DNA of 64,000 nucleotides from Chiloscyllium plagiosum (taxonomy: Eukaryota), in the NCBI RefSeq assembly GCF_004010195.1, contig NC_057738.1, forward strand, positions 31,130,793-31,194,792. Direction: 5' to 3'. Position numbers and translations under genes: made by a program. This document shows, piece by piece, positions 25,424 through 38,910 of this stretch. How positions within the stretch are numbered: position 1 is the first letter of the stretch; each line of letters begins with the position of its first letter. The notes under the pieces were generated by a model that was not told where the DNA came from, did not search any database, and was given only the letters and a program-made list of their open reading frames with translations.

Positions 25424-26303
25424 CTGCAAGTGAAGAGAGATTATTATCAAAACTAGGGAGCATTCCAAAATGGAAAATAATTCCAAAGGCAGGAGGGTTC
25501 AAATTGAAGCTTCCATTCACAAAGCAACAATCTGTTCAGAGAGAGCTTTCTGACATTAATCAATGTCAGTGTGGTATATGGCACCCACAATCACTGCTTC
25601 ACCTGGAGTTGCACAAAAAAGCAGCAATTGGGAACTTCAGGAACAAATAGACCACGCTCAAACAAAATGCTCCCTTTACAGATGCACAGCCATGTGTCAG
25701 ACTTGATGAGAACACACAATGCAACAATTTTGCTGCACTCACCAACCGATAAATTAGAGGGAACATCCGCATGGCACTAGATGACAGTAAGGCCATAAGA
25801 TGTAGGAGCAGAAGAAAGCTACATGGTCCATCAAGTCTACTTCACCATTTAATGAAATCATGGTTGACGTGATAATCCTCAGCTCCACTTTCCTGGCTTT
25901 TCCCCATAACCTTGTAGTCTCTTTTGATTAGAAATCTGTCTATCTCAGCCTCAAATGTAATCAATAACACAACATAGACAACCCTCTGTGGTTAAGTATT
26001 TCACAGACTCACTGCATTGCCTAGTTTTAGCATGAGCTTCCTAGTTTTATAAAACTGGAAGAAGTGCAGATGCTGGAAATCAGATACAAAATCAGAAATT
26101 GCTGGAAAAGCTCAGCTGATCTGGCAGCATCTTTGGAGAAATGAGAGTTAAAGTTTCAGGTTTTTGCTCAGATCTGGTCTCACCCCAGTAATCTGTACCC
26201 CTTGATTATTTAGTATTTTTGGTATGCTGTTAGTGTCCTCTACTGTGAAAAATAATGCAAAGTATTTGTTCAACTCCTCTGCCATTTCCTAGCTCCCCAG
26301 TAT

Positions 26304-26408
26304 GATATTCCGTATTCCTAACGAAGGGCTTTTGCCCGAAACGTTAATTTTACTGCTCCTCGGATGCTGCCTGAACTGCTATGCTTTTCCAGCACCACTC
26401 TAATCTAG
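26304..26408 (+). mobile_element. ~105-bp hammerhead-type Penelope end insert
   Basis: 10-bp TSD tccccagtat (26294-26303, 26409-26418); ctaacga-agggcttttgccc-gaaacgtt (mutated core). Confidence 0.65.
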
Positions 26409-26509
26409 TCCCCAGTATTTCCCGCCCTCATTCACTGAGAATTCTATTGCCTGTCTTCTCTTTGTGTATTTAAGAAAGTCTTACTATCTGTTTTGTTACT
26501 TTCTAATTT

Positions 26510-27040
26510 ACCCTGAATTTAATTTCTCTTTTTTGTAGAATACAAAACAAACTTTCCCAATCCTCTGATTAATTCTGATGTGAAATTTGACTCTCGATAT
26601 CATTGTATCTCTGTGAATAGTCCACATCTGATGAAAGATGAGTAACTTGTCTACAACCCTTTTAGCTGTGATATTGCACAAAGGAATGGCCTCTGGAAAT
26701 CTAGTGGGCACATCCATTATTGTAAACAAATACGAATTCCCACTTTTTGTTTTAGGTTGGAGTCCTAAGCAATCAATTAAGACCCTTAAAAAAGGTTCCT
26801 CACATGCAGGAATAGATATTAAGGGTGCAGATATTATCAGTGCATGCGGTTTTCCAATTAACTGACATGTATGACATGTCTAGCAAAATTCAACTACATC
26901 CTTGTGCAGTCCAGGCCAGTAAAAATAAAAATGTTTTTGTATTTTAACTTGAGTTTTTCTCACCCCTAAATGATTAGCTACTGGTAGTTCATGCACCACT
27001 CAGCACCTGCTTTCGATAACCCACTGGCAATATGACTTAG
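26510..27040 (-). mobile_element. Gypsy/Ty3 LTR retrotransposon integrase fragment
   Basis: FTIMDVPTRFPEAIPL (catalytic core start), with upstream H..H/YWPGL..DV zinc-binding remnants. Confidence 0.8.
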
Positions 27041-27044
27041 TAAT

Positions 27045-28340
27045 TGAGTCAAAGAGATGTACAGCATGGAAACTGACCCTTTGGTCCAAATCGTTCATGC
27101 CGACAAGTTATCCTAACCTAGTCCCATTTACCAGAACTTTGCACATGTTCTCCTAAACCCTTCCTATTATTATTCTCATGCAGATGCCTTTTAAATGCTA
27201 TAATTGTACCAGCCTCCACCACTTTCTCTGGCAGCTCATTTCATACACACACCACCAGCTGCGTGAAAAAGTTGCCCCTTAAATCCCTTTTATATCTTTG
27301 CCCTCTCACCTTAAACCTATGCCCTCTAGTTCCGGACTTCCCCAACCCAGGGAAAAGACCTTGTCTGTTTATCCTATCCATGCCCCTCATGATTTTATAA
27401 ACCTCTATAAAGGTCACCCCTCAGCCTCCGACACTCCAGGGAAAACAGCCCCAGACTATTCAACCTCTCCCTACAGCTCAAATCCTCCAACCCTGGCAAC
27501 ATCCTTGTAAATCTTTTCTGAACCTTTTCAAGTTTCGCAACATCCTTCCAATAGAAAGGAGACCAGAATTGCGCACAATATTCCAACAGTGGCCTAACCA
27601 ATGTCCTGTACAGCCGCAACATGACCTCCCAACTCCTGTACTCAATACTCTGACCAATAAAGGAAAAGCATACCAAACACCTTCTTCACTATCCTATCTA
27701 CCTGCAACTCCACTTTCAAAGGAGCTAGAACCTGCACTCCAAGGTCTCTTTGTTCAGCAACACTCCCTATGACCTTACCATTAAGTGTATAAGTCCTGCT
27801 AAGATTTGCTTTTCCAAAATGCAACACCTCGCATTTATCTAAATTAAACTCCATCCACCACTCCTCAGCCCATCTGATCAAGACCCTGTTGTACTCTGAG
27901 GTAACCTTCTTCGCTGTCCACTACACCTCCAATTTTGGTGTCATCTGCAAACTTACTAACCATACCTCTTATGCTCACATCCAAATCATTTGTATAAACA
28001 ATGAAAAGTAGAGGACCCAGCACCGAACCTTGTGGCACACCACTGGTCACAGGCCTCCAGTCTGAAAAGCAATCCTCCACGACCACCCTGTGTCTTCTAC
28101 CTTCAAGCCAGTTCTGTATCGAAATGGATAGCTCTCCCTATATTCCATGAGATCTAACCTTACTAACGAGCCTCCCATGGGGAACCTTGTCGAACACCTT
28201 ACTGAAGTCCATATAGATCATGTCCACTACTCTGCCCTCATCAATCCTCTTTGTTCCTTATTCAAAAAACTCAATCAAGTTTTTGAGACATGATTTCCCA
28301 CCCAAAGCCATGCTGACTATCCCTAATCAGTCCTTGCCTT
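27045..28340 (-). mobile_element. CR1-type LINE 3' portion
   Basis: VTSGVPQGSVLGPLLF, SKFADDTK, LVRPLLEYC..FWSP, LGLFSLE motifs. Confidence 0.92.
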
Positions 28341-29935
28341 TCAAATACATGTAAGTCCTAGGTTTCTTACAATCTCCGTAGAGACAAATAATGGTTTATA
28401 GAGACATTTCAACATTTGGTTATTAGCTGAGGTGCATGACAAAAGATATCACATTTTAAATGCAAGCTTTTGCTATTTCAAAAGACCAAAAATGAGACAT
28501 TTCTTTTGCAGGCTACTTGTAGTTTAAGAACTGAACAGTATTTGTTACTTTTCCACAATTACTGCCAACCCCAATTTTGTCTCATTATTCAATCTCTAAA
28601 ATAGACACCCACTTTTCCCAAAACCAGTGCAAAATGTTTTGCAGCTCACAACGGATTTACTTTGGTCTTTTCTGATACATGCTACTATCCACAGCAAGGG
28701 GAGGGGATCTCCAGATTCAGTTTGGAAAACGTTCCAACTGCATTAACTACTAATGTCCCTTGAACTGCAAACCAAGTGACTGTTCCTACTTGCACTCTGC
28801 ATGGTGAATGATAACATCAGCATTTTCTCTGCCTTACGTGTGAGCTACCATCCATTTTATAAATTTCAGGTTGGTGAATGAAATTAACGATACCGATCCA
28901 AACACTTAAAGCAAAAGGTGGTCCAAAAGTAATAACGAGTGTACAAACAAAAATAGTGACCTCCTTGTTTAAAAGAAAAGCCTTTTAAGAAGTATCTGAT
29001 TGTTTACTTCCACTGGTTTACCTACATCGCACAGCTGTGAACAAACTGAAGAAAGCACGAGAAAGTCCAAAACATTTTATTTGACATCATTGCACTGCAT
29101 CAGAGATATTTTAAAAAGTGCAGTCTCCAATATACAAGTTAAAGCTTAAAGACATTGTATAGAGCAATAACATTACATATTTTGGTCTGAACTTCAGAAT
29201 GATTTTCTTCAGAAGTTTAAATGCTCCTTCCCGTGAAACTTCATTCCCTTACATTCACACACAGCACATCAAAAGTAATTCAAAACGCGAAGCACTCCGA
29301 TTTTTGGAATTTTTTTTAAAAATGTCTGCACAGAAATAATCACACATTCTTAGAAGTTTACAAGGTAGCTGAAGGAATAGAAAGATCAACCCAGCTAACA
29401 ATTTGTGTTTATTACAGCAAGTAGGATATGGGGATGTAGGTCTAAACTGTGCTACTAAATAGGTAACTTATAAACTGATTCACAAACTGAGCTGAATTTG
29501 AAGCAAACTTCAGATAGTGAAGTAAGAAGTTAAATCATTTCCAAACTCCTTAACTACTGTAATGGCGTTTGGGTGTGATCGAGAGAGAGTGTATGATCTG
29601 CCTGTATGAATGAAGGCACTATTATTACTTCAGGATTAAAACAGATGGGGCAACAAGGTTAAAATTAAAGTCAACTCCCCAACTTCAGTTCTCTTGTTAC
29701 GTCACAAAGATCGAAAAGAAAAAGGGTTCTTTTGTTCCAAAATGCCCAGACAAATAGTTGACAAAAAGCTTTTAATTTAGAACCCTATCTCCTTCACTAC
29801 CATCAACCTATCGTCAGTTTCGGTAAGGAAGCGTGATTTGCAAACTAACCTCTCAAGTAAGAACTATTTCCACTATTTCAATTTAGCTGCAGAAGCATTT
29901 TTAAATTACGTACATTTAATTAAAAATCAATACAT

Positions 29936-29941
29936 TTTATT
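29936..29941 (-). other. Candidate polyadenylation signal of the SERPINB6-like gene
   Basis: AATAAA on the minus strand ~160 nt after the stop codon; a further AATAAA at 29076-29081. Confidence 0.5.
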
Positions 29942-30102
29942 GTGTCCTATTCCATCTCTCTCAACTGCCATTAAACTGCACTCTCTTACGGATCTCTAGA
30001 TTGTCCAAAGCTTCAGTTTTCCCCATTAGGAAAACCACTTGCATGGACATTATCCAACCAATCTGAGCAGTGTTGAATGGCAATAGCTGCGGTTTGGGGG
30101 TT

Positions 30103-30507
30103 TTAAGGTGAGGAGAGCCTTCCAAAGAACAAAATACTGCGTGTTTTGTTGTGCCTGATGAAGAACAGGAACGGGTGGTCAGCCACAAACTCGAATGTAA
30201 TCACTGCACAGCGCAACAGAAAGACAGCTGCAGTCGCAGCAGCAGCCTCCGTGCCCTCTTCATTAACTTCGACAAAAGCTTTATGAACAACCTTTGACAA
30301 AACCAGATCATTTTTCTCAGTCATCCCAGAGAAGTTAGCATGTGAATCACTGAAAGCATCTAGCATTCCCATTTCAGTGAGTGTTGCTTTAAGATCATAT
30401 TGCTCCTCGAGCTTGAATTTTGGCAACACGACTTTAACTTCCATATTACTCATGTTTTCTGGGTTGGTCCAATCCATCAGATTATCAAAAGTGAGTTGAC
30501 TCTGAAG
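30103..30507 (-). CDS. SERPINB6: SERPINB6-like final coding exon (405 nt) with reactive centre loop
   Basis: tttag|LQSQLTFDNLMDWT...LPKFKLEE...VEVNEEGTEAAAATAAVFLLR-CAVITFEFVADHPFLFFIRHN...FFGRLSSP*; serpin signature and inhibitory hinge. Confidence 0.95.
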   Translation of the reverse strand, partial: LQSQLTFDNLMDWTNPENMSNMEVKVVLPKFKLEEQYDLKATLTEMGMLDAFSDSHANFSGMTEKNDLVLSKVVHKAFVEVNEEGTEAAAATAAVFLLRCAVITFEFVADHPFLFFIRHNKTRSILFFGRLSSP

Positions 30508-32016
30508 CTAAAAACAAAACAAAACAAAAAAATAAATCTAAATATTAAAAGATTTATCAGTGTCAATCTTTATACAGAATATTTAGAACACAATGCCCCT
30601 ACTGACTAATATTCATAGCTACACCACATATCTGTCTTTGGTGCCGGTCTTCTGTAACCTTACCTGTGAGGATTTAAATCAGTGCATAAAATAGATAGTA
30701 AGGTGGGAAAACACAAGAACAAATTGGGAGAGATAAACATTTTTAAAATTAGTGGAACCTGGAACTTCAGATTCCATCAAGTAGTTGTCTGATTTCATGG
30801 CTACGTGATTGATGCTTCAATTATTTTCTTTAAATATATGCATTTGCAAAAGCTCCTCTGTCTCTCCTCACCCAAAATTTACCTTGATAACCACAGCCCC
30901 CAATCAAATGATCATCCCTCAAATGCACTGTAACGTTCATTTCAACTACTCCCTGCGCTGACAAGTTCTAGATTCTCACCAGTCCTTAGGTGAAGTTTCT
31001 GCTAAATTCCTGATAGGATTTCTTGCCAACTGTCTTATATCATTGGCTTCTAGTTATGACCTTCCCAACAAGAGGGAATATTCTCCGTTTACTCACTCTA
31101 TAAAAAACTTCCATAACTTTAAAGACAGCCAATAGGCCACCCTTTAGCTTCTCCCTTCACCTCTTACTCCAACTCAACCCCTGGGAAAAAAAATCATATC
31201 AATGATTTCTTGATATGTACACTCATGCATGTCTGGTAGATTCCTTGGAAATCTCCTCCCCACCCTCTCCATTCCTGCATATCCATTGTATAACATGACA
31301 ACCAGAATTTAATACATTGGAGTACAATAAAACATCAGAGATTTTATACTCATGAATTATTCCCAATGCATTGAATCTGAATGCTTCAGATACAAAAAGA
31401 TATTTTGATAGCTGGTTGGCCACTTACTTATTGTTTGTTGGAAAAATGCTGCTCAAGAAAACTGGCGAAACTCTGCTCTTGGATTATGAAACGTTAGGCT
31501 TGTTAATACCGAAAGGAGTTAGCAATCTGTCCAAATGCTGGATCGATTTTAATGCACGCTCACTGGCTGCAAAGTCAAGCTTCCCTTTTTCCAAATAATT
31601 CAGCCAACACGCATTAAATTCAATTGTAAACCACTTGAATAGATTCCTTTAATAAAAAGCAAAATACTACGGATCTGGAAATCTGACACAAAAGCACAGC
31701 AATGCTGGAAAGACACAGTAGGTCTGGCCGCATCTGTGGACAGCGCATTTGGAGTTTGATTTGACTTCTTTGGAACTAACTGGACTTGATAGGTTGACTG
31801 TTTCTTTCACCACTGATACTGCCAGACCGGCTGAGTTTCTCCAATAGATTCTTCGACTGAATTTTACTCCCATTCATTCATGAAATTGATATTCATTGTT
31901 TGGATTCATTTTTGGTTGAGACATGCTGAATGATCCATTTTCCCTACCCCTTCTCAATAGTTTGGTTTCCTTGGAATAAACTGAAGCAATGTTTCATGTT
32001 AAAACTTGCAACTTAC

Positions 32017-32181
32017 TTTTTCCAGCTCACTGAAGTTGTCATCAATATCTGGCAACAGGATGATCATGCTCAGTTCATTCTGAACATAGGGGAGCTCAAG
32101 TATCTTGATTTTAAATTCTTGAATGTATGCCATATTAAACTTGGCTTTTTGCCACATCATTTGCACCGGTTTTGTTTCATT
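32017..32181 (-). CDS. SERPINB6: SERPINB6-like coding exon 5 (165 nt)
   Basis: ttgcag|NETKPVQMMWQKAKFNMAYIQEFKIKILELPYVQNELSMIILLPDIDDNFSELEK|gtaagt. Confidence 0.95.
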
Positions 32182-32499
32182 CTGCAAGTAAATAGAGACT
32201 ATTAGTGAAACGACAGAACACAAATTTATCCAAAATGGAAAATAATTCCAAGGTCAGGAGGTTTCAAACTGAAGCTTCCTTTCACAAAGCAACAATCTGT
32301 TCAGAGAGCTTTCTGACATTAACCACTTCTCAATGTCAGCGTGGTATATGACACACACAATCACTGTTTCATCTGAAGTTGCACAAGTTCACAGCAATTG
32401 GGAGTTTCAGGATCAAACAGGCCACACTCAAACAAAATGCTCCCTTTACAAATGTAGGGCCATGTGTCAGTCTTGAAGAGAGCACACAATGTGGATAGA

Positions 32500-32790
32500 A
32501 AACTTAGAATCCCTACAGTGTGGAAATAGGCCATATGGCCAAACAACCTCTCTCCGAAGAATAACCCACCTAGACCCATTCCCCTACTACTTGACATTTA
32601 CCCCTAACTAATCCACTTAACCTGTACATCCTTGAACATTATGGGCAATTTAGCACAGCCAATTCACCTGGCCTGCACATCTTTGGATTGTGGGAAGAAA
32701 CCCACGCAGACATGGGGAGAATGTGCAAACACCACACAGTCACCCGAGGCTGGAATCCACCCCAGGTCCCTGGCGCTGTGAGGCAGCAGT
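32500..32790 (-). mobile_element. HE1/V-SINE-type SINE
   Basis: Reverse complement of the SINE consensus seen at 4015-4313. Confidence 0.75.
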
Positions 32791-32799
32791 ACCTTACTG

Positions 32800-35600
32800 T
32801 GATTGAGAGTGGAGCTGGAAAAGCTCAGCAGGTCAAGCAGCATCAGAGGAGCAAAGGGAGTCAATGTTTCAGGACAGAACCTTTCATCAGGACTGAGGGA
32901 GGGAGTAGGGGCTTGTGAAATAAATAGAGGGAGGGTGGTGCGGCTGGGAGAAAGGTGGGTGGGATGGTGATTAGTGGATGCAGTTAAGGGGTGGTTGTGA
33001 TTAGTCAGTGGGAAGGGTGGAGCAGATAGGTGGGAAGGAAGATGGACGGATATGGTCAGGTCAAGGAGGTGGGGCAGAGAAGGAAGGCTGGGCCTGGGAT
33101 GAGGTGGCAGATTTGGAAGCTGGTGAATTCTATGTTAAGACCGTGTGGTTGTAAGCTCCTGTGGCAGAACATGAGATGTTCTTCCTCCAGTTTGCGTGTG
33201 ACCTTGTGTTGACATTGGAGGAGACCAAGATGGACATGTCATCAAGAAGGTTGAAATGGATGGCAACTGGAAGGTGAGGTCAATTGGAGTGTATGAAAAT
33301 GAGTGTTTCCTGAACTGTTCCATGGGTTTGCGCTCGGACTCCCTGATAAATAGGGCATCACATCAGGAGCAGTGGATGCAATAAATCAGGTTCAAAGAAA
33401 TGCAAGTGGATCTTTGCCAGACTTGGAATGATTTTTGAGGCCTTGGATGGAGGCGAGTGGGGAGGTGTTGGAGGAGGTTTTGCACCTCCTGTGACCACAA
33501 GAGAAGGTACCAAGTGGAGGAGAGGTTGGTGAGGAGTGTGGACCTAACAAGGGAGTCATGGAGGGAACGGTCCCTGCGAAACTCGGATTAGAGGTTGGGA
33601 GGGAAATGTCAAGTGGTAGAAGTGGAGGAGAATGATGCGTTGGACTTGGAGATGAATGGGGTGGAATGAGAGGATCGGGGACTCTATCCTTCTTGTGGTC
33701 GAGGGGTTTTTCTAGAGAGCAGAGGCGTGGGAAATGGAGGGGATGCAGTTGAGGGTATTGTTGATAATGTAGGAGGGAAAATTGCAGTCATTGAAGTAGG
33801 AGGACATCTGGGATGTCTTGGAGTGGAACAGCTCATCCTGGGAGCAGATAAGGCAGAGGCAGAGGAATTGGGACTACTGGGAGGGGGGGGGTGGGGGGGG
33901 GGGGGGTGTTATCGAGGTAGCTGTGGGAGTTGGTGGGTTTATAATAGATGTCGGTGCTGAGTTGGTTGCCGGTGATGCACACAAAATGGACCCAAAAAAA
34001 AAAAGGGGAGGGGGTAGTCAGAGATGGACCAGGTGTGTTTGAGGTCAGGGTGGAAGGCGTTGGTGTGGTGAATGATCTGTTCAAGCTTCTCATGGGAGCA
34101 CGAGGCAGTGCCGATACAATCATTGATTAGATTAGATTAGAATACTTACAGTGTTGAAACAGGCCCTTCGGCCCAACAAGTCCACACTGCCCCGCCGAAG
34201 CGCAACCCACCCCATACCCCTACATTTACTCCTTACCTAACACTACGGGCAATTTAGCATGGCCAATTCACCTGACCTGCACCTCTTTGGACTGTGGGAC
34301 GAAACCAGAGCACCCGGAAGAAACCCACGCAGACACGGGGAGAACGTGCAAACTCCACACAGTCAGTCGCCTGAGGCGGGAATTGAACCAGAGTCTCTGG
34401 CGCTGTGAGGTAGCAGTGCTAACCACTGTGCCACCGTGCCGCCCACATTGATGTAGCAGAGGAAAAGGTGAGGGATGATGCCAGTGTAGCTGCAGAAGAG
34501 GGACTCTTCCACTTATCCTACAAAGAAGCAGGCATAGCTCAGACCCACGCAGATACCCAAAGCCACCCCTTTGGTCGGTAGGAAGTGGGAGCATTGAAAA
34601 GGAAAAGTTGTTCGGGGGAGGACCAGTTCTGCTAATCGAATGATGGTGTCAGTGCAGGGGAACTAGTTGTGTCTGTGGGAGAGGAAGAAATTGAAGACCT
34701 TGAGGCCTTCTTCATGGGGGATACAGGTGTAGAGAGACTTGATGTCCACGGTGAAGATGAACTATTGGAAGCCATGGAACCGAAAGTTATGGAAAAGATC
34801 AATGGGGTGGGTGGTGTCCCAAATGTAGGTGGGGACTTTCTGGACCAAAGGCGACAAGACAGAATTGTGAAAAGAGGAGAGAAGTTCAGTGGGATAGGAG
34901 CAGGCAGAGACGATTGGCCGACTGGGGCAGTCAGGTTTATGAATTTTGGGGAAAAGATAGAAACAGGCAGTGTGGGGTTGGGGAACTGAGGTTGGAGGCT
35001 GTGGATGGGAGATTTTCCGAGCTGATGCGACTGTGGATGGTTTTGGAGATAATGGTTTGCTGATGACAGGTCAGATTGTGATTGAGGGGACGGTAGGAGA
35101 AGGTGTCGGTGAGTTGGTATGTGGCTTCCTTGAGGTAGAGGTCGGTGCACCAAACTACCACTGCGACGCCCTTGTCAGGATATTTGATGGTGAGACTGGG
35201 GTTGGAGTGGAAGGAGCAGAGGGACACTTGGATGGGGAGGAGGTTGGAGAGATTCAGGTGAGTGATCTCCGGACTGCAGTTAGAGATGCAGAGGTCAAGG
35301 GAGGGGAGAAGGGTAGGAAGCCAGGATGGGGTGTCCAGTAGGATGGAGTTTGTTGGAGGCAGAAGGAGGGGTCTTTGGAGGGTGGGTGGGATTCATGTTT
35401 GAAGTAGTAGGCACGGAGGTGGAGATGGTGGAAAAAAAGTGTTCAACATCTAAATGTGTGCAAAATTTGTTGATGTGTGCATAGTGGAATGAAAGCAAGC
35501 TCTTTCCTGAGGACTGACTGTCCTCCGTGAGGGAGATGTCAGGGGAAATGATAAATACCCGGCAAGACTTCGGGCTGGAGCCTGGTGTAGAGCTGGAGTT
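32800..35600 (-). mobile_element. Penelope-like retroelement (RT + GIY-YIG + hammerhead-bearing 3' end), degenerate
   Basis: LTIKYPDKGVAVVVW and YYKPTNSHSYLD motifs; GIY-YIG region ~33300-33420; hammerhead remnant ~32866-32890; interrupted by a SINE. Confidence 0.87.
34128..34445 (-). mobile_element. Full-length young HE1/V-SINE-type SINE nested in a Penelope-like element
   Basis: Complete tRNA-like head (ggcggcacggtggcacagtggttagc), (ctaat)n tail, 7-bp TSD cattgat (34121-34127, 34446-34452). Confidence 0.9.
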
Positions 35601-37139
35601 GGGAGTGGGGATGGTGATTGTCTCGGTCTCTGGGAAATGCATGTGGGAACAGTCATGTGATGGGTCATGTGACTATTACCACAGATTTCTGCAGGTTTTC
35701 CCCACATAAACAATATTCATCTCTTCTATTCTTTTGCCAAAGTTCGAAATCTCACATTTTCCCACATTATATTCCATTTATCAAGTTTTTGCCCACTCGC
35801 TTAACGGGCCTATATCCCTTTGTAGACTCATATAATCCTCGCCACTTACCTTCTTACCTAATTTTGTCATCTGCAAATTTGGTGATGGTCCACTTACTTT
35901 CCCCATCTAAAACATTAATCAATCCTCAATACTGATACCTGTGGTGCTTCACTACTTTCATGTTGCCATCCTGAAAATGCCACCTTTATCCCAACTCTGC
36001 TTTCTATTATATATAGTGAATCCTCCATTTGTTATAACATGCACCTCCAACACATGGGCTCTTATCTTAAGTAGGAGAAAGTGAGAACTGCAGATGCTGG
36101 AGATCAGAGTCAAAAGTGTGGTGCTGGTAAAGCGCAGCTGGTTAGGCAGTATCCAAGGAGCAGGAGACTCTGTTTCAGGCATAAGCCCATCAGGAATGTA
36201 GGCCATAGGCCCTTCATCAGTGATTCCTTCCCCTTGTTACTAGTTAACTCCAGCCATATGGTTTCTACATTTCATTCCCAAGATCATTTCTGCCAGTCTA
36301 CTAATTCTATTGCTTACTAACAAAGCCATCCCATCACACTTGTCTTCCTGCTTGTCTGTCCTTTTGAAAGGTCACTTATACCTAAATATTTAGCTTTGAT
36401 TTCCTTGTACTCATGTCTCCCTAATGGCTATAATATCTATTTGTGCCTTTAATTCATTTATTTTGAGATTTTTTAAAAAAATCAAAGTTCAGACCAACTT
36501 AAAGCTAGAACAAGGATCTACATTCTATTACTCTAGATTTTTCTGTGCTTGTCCATTACAATTCAAGGACCAACATTTTATATATCTCCACTATTCCTAA
36601 GTTCTCTGCATTTCAAAATGTACTCGTTTTTTGGTTCAAGATGGATGATCTCACTTGTGTACAAATCCATCTACCGCCATTCTGCCAATTTAATTTGATC
36701 TGTCATTTTATGATCCCCATTTATTCTAGAACAAAGAACAATACAGCACAGGAACAAGCCCTTCAGCCTTCCAACCCTGCGCCAACACATTTTGCCCTTC
36801 CATACTAAAACTGTCTTCACTTACAGGATCCATATCCCTCTATTCCCTTCCTATTCATGTATTCATCCAGGTGCTTCTTGAATGCTGCTACTGGGTTGGC
36901 TTCCACCTTCCATCTGACAACACGTTCTAGGCACTCAGCATCCTTTGTGCGAAAAACATGTCTCACATATCTCTTTTAAATTCTGCCCCTCACACCTTGA
37001 ACCTGTGGTCCCCTAGTAATTGAGCCCTCCACCCTGGGAAAAAGCCTCATACTTTCCACTTTATCCATGCTATTCACAATCTTATAAGCTTTTATCAGGT
37101 TGCCCCTCAACCTCCTGCGTTCCAGTGAAAACAAACCCA

Positions 37140-37926
37140 AATAAATCCATAAAGACCATAAAGGAATTGCAAAACCTGCACCCACACCTCCTCTCTCCAC
37201 CGCCCCCCCCCTTCCAAGGCCCCAAAGAAGCCTTCCACACCCATCAAAGTTTCACCTGCACTTCCACACATGTTATTTATTGTATCCATTGTTCCTGATG
37301 CGGTTTCCTCTACATTGGTGAGACTGGATACCTACAAGCAGGATGCTTCAGAGAACATCTCCAGGACACCCACACCAATCAACCCCACCGCCCTGTGGCT
37401 GAACATTTCAACTCCCCCTCCCACTCTGCCGAGCACATGCAGGTCCTGTGCCTCCTCCACCGCCACTCCTTTACCATCCAGCACCTGGAGGAAGGCGGCC
37501 TCATCTTCCGCCTTTGGATCCTTCAACCCCAGGGCATCAATGTGGACTCCACCAGTTTTCTCATTTCCCCTTCCCCCACTCCCTGCCACCTTACCCCAGT
37601 TCCAACCTTCCAGCTCAGCACCACCCTCACGACCTGTCCTTCTGTCAATCTTCCTTCCCACCTATCTGCTCCATCCTCCTCTCCGACCTATCACCTTCAC
37701 CCCCACCTCCATCCACCTATTACAGACTCAGCTACCTTCCCCCAGCCCCACCCCATTTATCTCTTGACCCACTAGGCTCCCAACCTCATTCTTGATGAAG
37801 AGCTTTTGCCCGAAATGTTGATTTTCCTGGTCCTCGGATGCTGCGTGACCTGTTGTGCTTTTCAAGCACCACTCTACTCTTGACTCTGATCTCCAGCATC
37901 TGCAGCCCTCACTTTTGCCTGGCCCT
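37140..37926 (+). mobile_element. Penelope-like 3' fragment (GIY-YIG + hammerhead) nested in CR1
   Basis: FTCTSTHVIYCIHCS...YIGET, AEHFN, PQGIN motifs; 14-bp TSD tgaaaacaaaccca (37126-37139, 37927-37940). Confidence 0.88.
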
Positions 37927-38573
37927 TGAAAACAAACCCAGTCTATCCAACCATTCCTCATAGCTGAAATTCCCCATACCAGGTAACATCCTGGTAAACT
38001 TGTTGGGCCGAAGGGCCTGTTTCCACACGGAAAGTAAGCTAATCTAATCTAAACCTTTTCTGTACCTCTCCAAAGCATCTACATCCTTCTGGTGTGGTGA
38101 CCAGAGTGGAATATTGTGTACAAGTGTGGTCCAACTAAAGTTCTATATAGCCGAAGCATAACTTGCCCATCCTTATACTCAATGCCCCTAGTTAGTATAC
38201 AGACTTATTGTTAAGAGAAGTGTAAACTCCAACTCTATATTATGCTATCGAAATCATTAAATCAACATGTGGCGAATACAAGATTCCACACAGGCACCAC
38301 TAGCTACTTCATTCCAATTTGTGGACATATTTAAATGAGTCAGGGATAAAATGTGGATGTCAATGGTGCTGAGTTATACTCAACTGGAGAACAATGAAAG
38401 CTTGGGATGCACAAAGAGGCCAAATTTAAAGGAGCACAAATTTTGAAAGGTGGTAGGCTGTTGGATGGGGGGTGTGGAGAAAAGGGGTGAGGCCACAGAA
38501 TGATTTGCAAACTCTTTTTCAACCTAAGGGCATAGCTGGAACAGGGGCGAATGTGGGGTTAGCAAGCACGCGG

Positions 38574-38910
38574 CGTTGGGTAAATGATTTAGGGAGAGAT
38601 GGCATGCAGGTAGCAGAATCTTGGATTAGCTCAAATCAGAGAGAGAATACTAAAAAAGCCTGGAACTCACATCAAATACGAATGGCAATGAGGAAAGTTA
38701 GATGGGTTTGGAACAGTGTAAAGAGTGTGGTGCTGGAAAAGCCGTTGGGTAAATGATTTAGGGAGAGATGGCATGCAGGTAGCAGAATCTTGGATTAGCT
38801 CAAATCAGAGAGAGAATACTAAAAAATCTGGAACTCACATCAAATACGAATGGCAATGAGGAAAGTTAGATGGGTTTGTAACAGTGCAAAGAGTGTGGTG
38901 CTGGAAAAGC
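38574..38910. repeat. Tandem duplication, 2 x ~169 bp
   Basis: Units 38574-38742 and 38743-38910 are nearly identical. Confidence 0.95.

Noticed and set aside
25201-25650. 149-aa plus-strand ORF
   Set aside because: Antisense to the serpin pseudo-exon; the parent copy does not preserve this ORF at full length.
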